A DNA stretch of 44,658 bases from an uncultured Rikenella sp. GTDB lineage: Bacteria; Bacteroidota; Bacteroidia; Bacteroidales; VadinHA17. The position numbers were made by a program, and so were the translations under genes. The notes under the pieces are model-generated. The model saw only the letters and a list, made by a program, of their open reading frames with translations, made no database searches and was not told where the DNA came from. Every line of letters starts with the position of its first letter. Positions within the stretch are counted from its first letter, which is position 1. The stretch is taken from positions 18,641 through 63,298 of the forward strand of contig CAYQNT010000003.1 of assembly GCA_964418865.1 (NCBI GenBank), in the 5' to 3' direction. Positions 27,595-35,746 of the stretch are shown one piece after another.

Positions 27595-28685
27595 TGGTAT
27601 ACATCGCTTGGTTTATTTTTTCTTTTGCTTTGCTGCAGTTAATAATAGCGCTCGTAAACCTTTTGTTTTCGTCAAAACTCAGGAAATATGATTATAGTGA
27701 GAAACCACTGGTTTCGATCCTTATTCCTGCAAGGAATGAAGAAACAAACATCGGGAATATCCTGAATGATATTATGCATCAGGACTATAGTCTTATTGAG
27801 GTAATAGTATTTGATGATAATTCTACAGACAGCACTTCTGATATTGTACAGGAATATGCAGCAAATGACGAAAGGATCAGACTTATCCGATCCGATAATT
27901 TACCCGGGGGATGGCTTGGAAAAAACCATGCCTGCCATTCTCTGTCGCTAACGGCAAAGGGTGAGTATCTTCTTTTCCTTGATGCAGATGTAAGGATAAA
28001 AGATCAGCTTGTTTTAAATGCAATGTCTTATGCTGAACATTACAGATTATCACTTATTTCCATATTTCCAAAACAGATCATATCTACTCCGGGGGAAAAA
28101 ATGACAGTACCTGTTATGAACTACATTCTCCTTACCCTCCTGCCACTGATCCTTGTCAGAAAATCGCACAGGCCGTCGTTGTCAGCAGCCAACGGACAGT
28201 TTATGTTTTTTAGATCAGATATATACAAGGCCTTACTACCTCATGAGGTTATGAAGAACAATATGGTGGAAGATATTGAAATAGCCCGGTACTATAAAAA
28301 GAAGAAACAACGTATTGCATGCCTGACAGGTGACAACTCAATAAAATGCAGAATGTACGAGAGTTTTAACGAGGCAATAAATGGGTTTTCAAAAAATGTT
28401 GCCTCCTTTTTTGGTAACTCAATCATCCTGGCCCTGATCTTCTGGCTGGTGACTACATTCGGCTGGGTATTTATATTGGTGGCGTTTTCTTATAAGCTTG
28501 TCATCCTTTACTTTTTAGTCTTCCTCTCTGCAAGGATCATCGTTTCAATCATAAGTGGACAGAATATTGCAAGTAATTTATTGTATTTTATCCCACAACA
28601 GATTTCATTGGGGGCATTTATCTCCAAAGCCATTATAAATAAAACCAGAGGGAGCTATAGATGGAAAGACAGAGATATAAGTTAG
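27594..28685 (+). CDS. Family-2 glycosyltransferase with C-terminal TM helices, candidate carotenoid glycosyltransferase (CruC-like)
   Basis: GT-A motifs VSILIPARNEE, VFDDNSTD and LFLDADV (27971-27993). Sits between the acyltransferase and crtI. Confidence 0.6.
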   Translation: MVYIAWFIFSFALLQLIIALVNLLFSSKLRKYDYSEKPLVSILIPARNEETNIGNILNDIMHQDYSLIEVIVFDDNSTDSTSDIVQEYAANDERIRLIRSDNLPGGWLGKNHACHSLSLTAKGEYLLFLDADVRIKDQLVLNAMSYAEHYRLSLISIFPKQIISTPGEKMTVPVMNYILLTLLPLILVRKSHRPSLSAANGQFMFFRSDIYKALLPHEVMKNNMVEDIEIARYYKKKKQRIACLTGDNSIKCRMYESFNEAINGFSKNVASFFGNSIILALIFWLVTTFGWVFILVAFSYKLVILYFLVFLSARIIVSIISGQNIASNLLYFIPQQISLGAFISKAIINKTRGSYRWKDRDIS

Positions 28686-29395
28686 TGCTGCTGTTACTGG
28701 TATCATGCCTGAGCCTGAAAGCCGGTAATAAAGCAGATATCTATTCTGCTTATATCGGAAATGATATGGCACGATGGAAGACTACCATTGATAAGATGAA
28801 TTCCGTTGAGCCCAAAAGCAATGACTTCCTGCTTGAACTTGTAAATTACCAGTATGGGTATATAGCCTGGTGCATAGGTAATAACAAAGCAGATGATGCC
28901 AGGAAATATTTAAAGTTGGCTGAAGAAAACCTCCAGAAGCTCGAGTCTGAAACGAGCAATACATCCATGATAAATGCCTATAAAGCAGCATTCTACGGCT
29001 ACAAGATCGGCTTGAATAAGCTTTCAGCCCCTTTTAATGGACCTAAAAGCATGAATTGTGCAAAAATTGCAATGGAGAGCGATAAGGAGAACGCCTTTGC
29101 TTATGTACAGTATGCAAATATTCAGTTTTACATGCCTGAAATGTTCGGCGGTTCGAAAAAAGAGGCACTGGAGTACTTTGCAAAGGCTCAGGAACTAATG
29201 GAAAGAAACAGAGACGATCTTAAGGGAAACTGGAATTATCTGAGTCTGCTTATTGTTATTGCAGAATCATATTCATATATAAATGATTATAAATCTTCCT
29301 TAAATTACATGGATATGATCTTAAAGATCGAGCCTGACTTCAGTTATGTTAAAGATGAATTATATCCTCAGGTACTGAAAAAATATAAAAATTAA
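28661..29395 (+). CDS. Exported all-helical (TPR-like) lipoprotein of unknown function, embedded in the carotenoid operon
   Basis: The signal peptide with lipobox is MERQRYKLVLLLLVSC. The helical repeat-like C-terminus is ...IAESYSYINDYKSSLNYMDMILKIEPDF. It overlaps the GT2 gene by 25 nt and ends 3 nt before crtI. Confidence 0.6.
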   Translation: MERQRYKLVLLLLVSCLSLKAGNKADIYSAYIGNDMARWKTTIDKMNSVEPKSNDFLLELVNYQYGYIAWCIGNNKADDARKYLKLAEENLQKLESETSNTSMINAYKAAFYGYKIGLNKLSAPFNGPKSMNCAKIAMESDKENAFAYVQYANIQFYMPEMFGGSKKEALEYFAKAQELMERNRDDLKGNWNYLSLLIVIAESYSYINDYKSSLNYMDMILKIEPDFSYVKDELYPQVLKKYKN

Positions 29396-29398
29396 AAT

Positions 29399-30886
29399 AT
29401 GTCGAAAAGTGTTCTAATTGTAGGAGCAGGTCTTGGCGGACTTGCAACAGCTCTGAGACTGGCAAAAAGTGGTTATAGAGTTGAGATGGTTGAAAAGAAC
29501 CTCAATGCCGGTGGCAGGGTCAATCAACTTAAAAAGAATGGTTTTACGTTTGATACCGGGCCAAGTTTTTTCAGTATGTCATATGAGTTTACTGAATTTG
29601 CGAAAGAATGCAATATTGAACTGCCTTTCAAATATTTCGGACTCGATCCGCTGTACACGGTAAATTTCAGAGGTAACCCCAAGACCTATTTTTTGTACAG
29701 GGACATTAAAAAACTCGCTGCCCAGTTCAGTGATGTAGAGTCTGATTTTGAACAAAGGATGAACAAGTACCTTGATAAAAGCGGAAGACTATTTCATGAT
29801 ACGGCAGGCATTGCAATAAAAAATAACTTCAATTCTTTATTCCATTATTTTATTACCCTTTCCAGGGTTAACCTGGTCCATCTCCCGGTATTGTTCAGAA
29901 ATTTCTGGCAACAGGTTTCCCATTATTTCAAGTCGGAAGAGGCGAGACAGATTCTCTCGCTCGTATCTTTCTTCCTCGGCAGGACACCCTTCGACACCTC
30001 TGCAGTTTATACATTATTGTCATATACCGAATTCAGACATGATGGCTACTTCAATGTTGAGGGAGGAATGTATAAAGTAATCGAAGGGATCGTAAAGGAA
30101 TTGGAAAAGGCGAATGTAAAGATCACCTATAACACAGAGATAAAGAGCTTCGAGTCTGACAATGGTAAACTTTCATCCCTTATAGATCAGAATGGGAGGA
30201 AATGGACAGCTGACATTATAGTTGTAAATTCAGATGCTGCAGTATTCCGTGGTTCAGTCTTTAAAAGACCGGCATTCTCTGTTGAGAGGCTTGATAAAAG
30301 AACATGGACGATGGGCTCGCTGACCATATACCTCGGATTGAAGTGTAAACTGCCTATGGTCAATCATCATAATTACTATCTGGGTGATAATTTCAGGGAA
30401 TACGCTGACAAAGTTTTCAAAAGCCCTGACTCCCTACAAAAACCTTATTATTACGTGAATGTGTTATCAAAGCATAACCTTGATTGTGCCCCCGCGAACT
30501 CTGAGAGTCTGTTTATTGTCTGCCCTGTGCCTGACCTGAGATTTAAATCTGACTGGAGCGACAAAGATGCAATTGTCGACAGTATTATAGATGATTTCTC
30601 AGTCAGAATCGGAAAAGATATCAGACCTGAGATTGTATCACGTACCGTTTACACACCTGAAGACTGGCAAGATCAGTATAACCTTCACCGGGGGAGCGGA
30701 CTCGGGCTTTCTCATGACATGAACCAGATTGGCGGTTTTCGCCCAAAGAATTTTGATGAAGTTTTTAAGAACGTTTTTTACGTCGGCGCCTCAACCGTTC
30801 CCGGTACAGGTTTACCAATGGTGATCATCAGCTCAAAACTTGCATTTCAAAGAGTTGAAGAATATTCAGCCAAAAAGCTGGACTAG
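29399..30886 (+). CDS. crtI: Phytoene desaturase (CrtI family FAD-dependent carotenoid desaturase)
   Basis: 495 aa. The N-terminal dinucleotide fold is VLIVGAGLGGLATALRLAKSGYRVEMVEKN..GGR, followed by FDTGPS. The C-terminal motif is FYVGASTVPGTGLPMV. Confidence 0.8.
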   Translation: MSKSVLIVGAGLGGLATALRLAKSGYRVEMVEKNLNAGGRVNQLKKNGFTFDTGPSFFSMSYEFTEFAKECNIELPFKYFGLDPLYTVNFRGNPKTYFLYRDIKKLAAQFSDVESDFEQRMNKYLDKSGRLFHDTAGIAIKNNFNSLFHYFITLSRVNLVHLPVLFRNFWQQVSHYFKSEEARQILSLVSFFLGRTPFDTSAVYTLLSYTEFRHDGYFNVEGGMYKVIEGIVKELEKANVKITYNTEIKSFESDNGKLSSLIDQNGRKWTADIIVVNSDAAVFRGSVFKRPAFSVERLDKRTWTMGSLTIYLGLKCKLPMVNHHNYYLGDNFREYADKVFKSPDSLQKPYYYVNVLSKHNLDCAPANSESLFIVCPVPDLRFKSDWSDKDAIVDSIIDDFSVRIGKDIRPEIVSRTVYTPEDWQDQYNLHRGSGLGLSHDMNQIGGFRPKNFDEVFKNVFYVGASTVPGTGLPMVIISSKLAFQRVEEYSAKKLD

Positions 30887-30905
30887 CAATTTTAAATAAA
30901 CTGAC

Positions 30906-31394
30906 ATGAACACAATAAGAGTAGGCGATCTCATTCCGGATTTCTCATTATATGACCAGCATGGAAAACTAGTCGATGTAAATACCTATCGTGGGAAAAA
31001 GAAACTGGTCATTTTCTTTTACCCCAGAGATGGCAGTCTGAATTGTACCAAAGAAGCATGTTACTTCAGGGATCTCATGGATGTATTCGAAGATGCTGAT
31101 GCGGTATTATTGGGAATCAGCGGGCAGTCTGTTCAGAGCCACAAACAGTTTGCTGAAGCTAACCGGCTTTCCTATGCTATTCTGAGTGATGTAAACGGAG
31201 AGGTGAGAAATCTCTTCGGAGTTCCTGACAGGTTCTTCGGATTGATACCCGGCAGAGTGACTTATGTAACTGACAGATCAGGTAAAGTAGTCTTCATTTT
31301 TGATTCCCAGACAGAGGTTCAGCGGCATGTAGATGAGGCTCTTAAAATTTGTCTTCTTCTTAAAAAGACAGATACTGTTAGTCCTGATTCGTAA
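30906..31394 (+). CDS. bcp: Peroxiredoxin, Bcp-type thiol peroxidase
   Basis: 162 aa with VIFFYPRDGSLNCTKEAC (peroxidatic and resolving Cys spacing CxxxxC) and AILSD. Confidence 0.75.
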   Translation: MNTIRVGDLIPDFSLYDQHGKLVDVNTYRGKKKLVIFFYPRDGSLNCTKEACYFRDLMDVFEDADAVLLGISGQSVQSHKQFAEANRLSYAILSDVNGEVRNLFGVPDRFFGLIPGRVTYVTDRSGKVVFIFDSQTEVQRHVDEALKICLLLKKTDTVSPDS

Positions 31395-31602
31395 CAATAA
31401 CAGGCATTTTATTTATTTTAGGTTTATAGGTTGTGTAAGTAGCCTGTAAGTGTCTTAACCACCCAAAATAGCTGGACATAATTTGAAAAACAAATTGATA
31501 GACTGTGAAATTTTTACTTGGTACGGCTCGGCTGCACTTCCCGATTATTTAACTGCTTCCGAGAGATTCTGGAAATTGAACCCCTGATCAAAACTCCATG
31601 AA

Positions 31603-31959
31603 ATGAAAACAGATAACACAAGAGTTTATAGAATAGCTTTTGCAAGTGTTTATCCGCACTACATTGCAAAGGCAGAGAAAAAAGGGCGAACCAAAGCTGA
31701 AGTAGATGAAATCATCTATTGGCTTACAGGATACAATGAAAAAGATTTAATGAAAATTCTTGTCGATAAAACCGATTTTGAAAGCTTCTTTAAACAAGCG
31801 CCACAAATCAATCCCAACGTTTCAAAAATTACAGGTGTCATATGCGGTTATCGTATAGGGGAGATTGAAGAAGAATTGATGCGACAAATTCGTTATTTGG
31901 ACAAGTTAATTGATGAATTGGCGAGAGGTAAAGCAATGGAAAAAATTCTAAGAAAGTAA
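31603..31959 (+). CDS. DUF2200 domain-containing protein
   Basis: 118 aa. [32 protein letters not shown] matches my memory of the DUF2200 core. Confidence 0.65.
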   Translation: MKTDNTRVYRIAFASVYPHYIAKAEKKGRTKAEVDEIIYWLTGYNEKDLMKILVDKTDFESFFKQAPQINPNVSKITGVICGYRIGEIEEELMRQIRYLDKLIDELARGKAMEKILRK

Positions 31960-31973
31960 TTAAACCAAGTCTT

Positions 31974-32399
31974 ATGGCAGAACTAAAAACAAAACAAAAC
32001 GATGCTGACGTTAACGATTTTATCAACTCGTTTGCGGATACCGAACTAAAGAAAAAGGATAGTTTTGAAATTCTCAAACTAATTCAGGATTTTACGGGTT
32101 ATGTCCCCAAAATGTGGGGAACATCTATTATCGGATTTGGAAGTTATCATTACAAATCCGAAAGAAGCAGTCAGGAAGGAGATTGGCCACTTGTTGGTTT
32201 TTCACCACGAAAAGCAGCAATTTCCCTCTATGTTTATTCGGGATGTTCAGGGCAGGAAAAATTGCTGAAAGATTTAGGCAAATTCAAAATGGGCAAAGGC
32301 TGTATTTACATTAAGAAGCTATCAGATATTGATCAGGAAACACTTAAAAAGTTGATAAAATCAACGATTGAATTTCTTCAATCAAAGCACGATAAGTAA
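31974..32399 (+). CDS. DUF1801 (YdhG-like) domain-containing protein
   Basis: 141 aa. Has an N-terminal KTKQNDADVNDFINS and WGTSIIGFGSYHYKSERSSQEGDWPLVGFSPRKAAISLY, typical of this family. Confidence 0.65.
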   Translation: MAELKTKQNDADVNDFINSFADTELKKKDSFEILKLIQDFTGYVPKMWGTSIIGFGSYHYKSERSSQEGDWPLVGFSPRKAAISLYVYSGCSGQEKLLKDLGKFKMGKGCIYIKKLSDIDQETLKKLIKSTIEFLQSKHDK

Positions 32400-32606
32400 A
32401 CGTATTATTATTTATGGACAAAGCAGAACAAACTATGTTGGACAACCTGTTTAAAAACAGGTAAAACACCGCTTGCACATAGGCTTTGATGACCCCTCAC
32501 ACGTCATAGGGACAGACGAGTTTATCCGGAGCGAGTTTATCAGGGTGCGGAACGAGATTAAAGAGGCATTTTTCAAATTGTATATTGCAGAAATAAAACC
32601 AAAGCT

Positions 32607-33413
32607 ATGAATGCGAATGACTTGAAATTGGTGGTTAAAGAAAAATACGGGGCAATTGCCAGACAGGGCGTTTTGTCCAACCAATCCTCATGCTGCGAAA
32701 GCTCAGGATGCTGTGGAGAACTGGAATTCAGCATTATAGGCGATGAATACCTGACCGTTGAGGGGTATAACCCTGATGCAGACATGGGTTTAGGATGCGG
32801 CATCCCCACCGAGTTTGCCCGGATAAAAAGTGGCGATACAGTTATTGATCTTGGCTCAGGTGCAGGGAATGATTGTTTTGTGGCGCGCGTATTGGTTGGC
32901 GAAAATGGTAAGGTTATCGGAATCGACATGACCGAAACGATGATTGAAAAAGCCAGACAGAATAATCAGAGACTGGGCTTCAACAATGTTGAATTCCGAT
33001 CGGGTGAAATTGAAGATTTACCCCTTGCCGACAATACGGCGGATGTGGTCATCAGCAATTGTGTTTTAAACCTTGTGCCGGATAAAGAAAAAGCTTTTTC
33101 TGAAATCTACCGCGTTTTGAAACCTGGTGCTCATCTTTCAATCTCTGATGTTGTTTTAAAGGGCGGGTTGCCTGAGAAAATCAAACAGGCATCAGAAATG
33201 TATGTCGGCTGTGTGGCAGGCGCCATGCAGATAAACGATTATCTGCAGGTAATTGGCAATAGTGGTCTGGTGAACGTGAAAATTCAAAAAGAAAAACCCA
33301 TTCTTATAGCTGACCAAACCTTACTAAACTACCTGTCGCCGCAGGAAATCAATGATTATAAACTATCAGGCAGCGGCATTTTTAGCATTACGGTTTATGC
33401 TGAAAAGAAATAG
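32607..33413 (+). CDS. arsM: Arsenite S-adenosylmethionine methyltransferase
   Basis: 268 aa. Has Cys-rich N-terminal SSCCESSGCCG and GLGCGIP, SAM motif VIDLGSGAGND, and downstream VISNCVLNLVPDK and VGCVAGA. Confidence 0.85.
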   Translation: MNANDLKLVVKEKYGAIARQGVLSNQSSCCESSGCCGELEFSIIGDEYLTVEGYNPDADMGLGCGIPTEFARIKSGDTVIDLGSGAGNDCFVARVLVGENGKVIGIDMTETMIEKARQNNQRLGFNNVEFRSGEIEDLPLADNTADVVISNCVLNLVPDKEKAFSEIYRVLKPGAHLSISDVVLKGGLPEKIKQASEMYVGCVAGAMQINDYLQVIGNSGLVNVKIQKEKPILIADQTLLNYLSPQEINDYKLSGSGIFSITVYAEKK

Positions 33414-33448
33414 TACAGAAATTCAGACAGTCATTGAATTATTAAGAT

Positions 33449-33673
33449 ATGACATCCAAAAAACAGATCGGTTTTTTTGAGAAATACCTGAAACTCTGGG
33501 TCGGCTTATGTATTGGCACTGGTATTCTTATCGGAAATGTTGCTGGCGAGGGTGTTGCCATCGCGTTATTTGGCTTGCAATCTCCTGCCGCATTGGTAAC
33601 TGTTGTTGGCGTTCTGGTTGAAGTGCCTGTAATGTTGTCATTGGTGGCATTGTCTAATAAGTGGAGATATTAA
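33449..33673 (+). pseudogene. acr3: ACR3-family arsenite efflux gene with a large in-frame internal deletion
   Basis: The 74-aa product joins an ACR3 N-terminus ([26 protein letters not shown]) directly to an ACR3 C-terminus ([30 protein letters not shown]). Full-length ACR3 is about 350 aa. The junction is near nt 33548. Confidence 0.7.
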
Positions 33674-33904
33674 AGTGATTCTAAATTGCAAAAGCCGGCA
33701 GCGTTGACCACATTAAACCAGCCAGATAAACATATTTATATTTCTCTGATATTTAAGAATTTAAATCCGGCCGGGTATGGTCAAAATATTTCGGCGAGAA
33801 GTGGTCTGGGTCACCGGCTTCTGCATCTCATAACTCATTCATTGTGAATATGAACCTTAACATCTTCTCTGCCACAATATTTGTACCAGAAAAAAGAACG
33901 GCTG

Positions 33905-35386
33905 TTACCTCAAAGGCTCCGGGCTATTGGCCATCCTGACCACCGAAACGAAGAGGAGCTGGCAGAGATCTTCCATAATCTCAGGCTTGATTATGTCGAG
34001 ATTGTCAAGAGGAACATGATAGTAGTTAACAGAGCCAAAGGTAGAAAAGCTGAGTGAGGGCACGCCGGCGCTAAGGAATCTTGCGGCATCGAGCCGCGGT
34101 CTGGCAAGGTTTGAGAAATAATTGGTGCGCAGAGGCCTGTGGATATAGTCCTTATTTGCAGCTTCAATAAAAGACCACAGTACCGGGTAGTTCTTGCCGG
34201 CACTTGCTGAGATTGAATGCCCTATCCCGACCCCGTCCATATTCAGAAGAACGCTTTTGTCAAGCGGCGCTGATGGGTTACTGAGATATGCTTTCGAACC
34301 AATAATCGCCTGCTCCTCAGATCCAAAGGCAAGGAACATGACAGTTCTTTTTAAAGGTATCTTATTCACAGCAAGAGCTTTAGCCAGTCCCATCATCACC
34401 GCCACGGCAGATGCGTTGTCATTGGCTCCCGGGATTATGTCATAGCATTTGCCCAGGTGATCAAGGTGTGCTCCGATAATAATAACCTCATCCTTTAAAA
34501 CCGGATCAGATCCTCTGATGAGCCCGATTATATTACTGCCCTTCCCGTCAGGGAAATGCTGAGTGCTCATCTTAACCGTCACCACCTTCTTTGTGTTGAA
34601 AGAGTTCGGCTTCAGGGTAGAGTTGATACCCTTGACAACAGTGCTGTGATCAAAACCTGTCCCGGCAAAGACGTCTCTGACTACAGTGTCGCCTACATGG
34701 ACATAGATGAAATTCTCGTAGTAATCGTTGTTGGGGTTCCCTATCGGACCATAATTATAAATCATCCCGGCCGCACCGTGTTTAACAGCGTTTGCCAGCT
34801 TGTTCTGGTGAAATGAGTACTCATACCAGGGATTGAATTTTTCTGCTCCGGCAGAGGGATTGACAGGGGCTTCGGGTTCGATAAGAATTATCTTTCCGTT
34901 CACGTCAATACCTTTATAGTCATCATATCCAAGCTCCGGGGCAGTTATGCCGTAACCCACATAAACAACCTCACCGGTGACCTCACCGCTTCCGGAGGTT
35001 GATCCCGGCATATATTCTGTGATATATTTATATTGTTTAAGTATTGCACCTTCTTTTTTCAATGGCATATGAAGTGTCAGGCCACAGTCAGGAAGAACCA
35101 AAGTATACGGAATCTTATACCACTGGAACCAGCTCCCATTATCTCCGGCCGGTTCAAGACCCCATCCCGAGAACTCGCCTGCAAGCCACTCAGCACACTC
35201 CTGGTACTCTTTTGTCCCGGTCAGCCTGCCCTGATACTTATCATCGCACTGTATCTTAACATAATCAAGCATATCCTGGCTTGTGATGGAATGCATCGCC
35301 TTAAGCAGGGTCTCTTCACTTACATCCTGCCCGTAGAAAGGCACAACCAGTATCAGTCCCAGTAAAAGAAAAAAGTACTTTCTCAT
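33905..35386 (-). CDS. M28-family aminopeptidase with PA (protease-associated) domain, secreted
   Basis: The signal peptide is MRKYFFLLLGLILVVPFYG. Zn-ligand motifs are IIGAHLDHLG, GANDNASAVAVMMGLA and FLAFGSEEQAIIGS. Confidence 0.8.
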   Translation of the reverse strand: MRKYFFLLLGLILVVPFYGQDVSEETLLKAMHSITSQDMLDYVKIQCDDKYQGRLTGTKEYQECAEWLAGEFSGWGLEPAGDNGSWFQWYKIPYTLVLPDCGLTLHMPLKKEGAILKQYKYITEYMPGSTSGSGEVTGEVVYVGYGITAPELGYDDYKGIDVNGKIILIEPEAPVNPSAGAEKFNPWYEYSFHQNKLANAVKHGAAGMIYNYGPIGNPNNDYYENFIYVHVGDTVVRDVFAGTGFDHSTVVKGINSTLKPNSFNTKKVVTVKMSTQHFPDGKGSNIIGLIRGSDPVLKDEVIIIGAHLDHLGKCYDIIPGANDNASAVAVMMGLAKALAVNKIPLKRTVMFLAFGSEEQAIIGSKAYLSNPSAPLDKSVLLNMDGVGIGHSISASAGKNYPVLWSFIEAANKDYIHRPLRTNYFSNLARPRLDAARFLSAGVPSLSFSTFGSVNYYHVPLDNLDIIKPEIMEDLCQLLFVSVVRMANSPEPLR

Positions 35387-35746
35387 CGTTTATCAGTTTT
35401 TAAAATATCACACAGTCAATACCGGGCTTTCTTGTGATCGCCCGTATTTGTCCAAAGTTAATTTTATTTCGCAATCGGTAAAAGGACGTCCTGGATAAAT
35501 TTTGAGACAAGTACTGAGATGGGTTATTCATCTGGGGGCTGTCCAGATTGACGCCAGCTTGCCCGATTAACTGGATGATGAAGGCAAATCCTGATAGTAC
35601 TTACAGCATCTGGTAGCAGTCTGTCGTAAGCTTATTCTGACCGGGACGTTATATTTATTTCTCCCGAAGATTTCAGTTAACTGAAAATTTGCCTAATATT
35701 GGAGCCTGAACTATATTCTTGTCGGAATATTTCCATGGCACTTTAA

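Noticed and set aside
35671-35686. Perfect 16-bp palindrome tttcagttaactgaaa, 60 nt upstream of the UPF0371 gene.
   Set aside because: About 0.7 perfect 16-bp palindromes are expected by chance in 44.6 kb, so one occurrence is not informative without conservation data.
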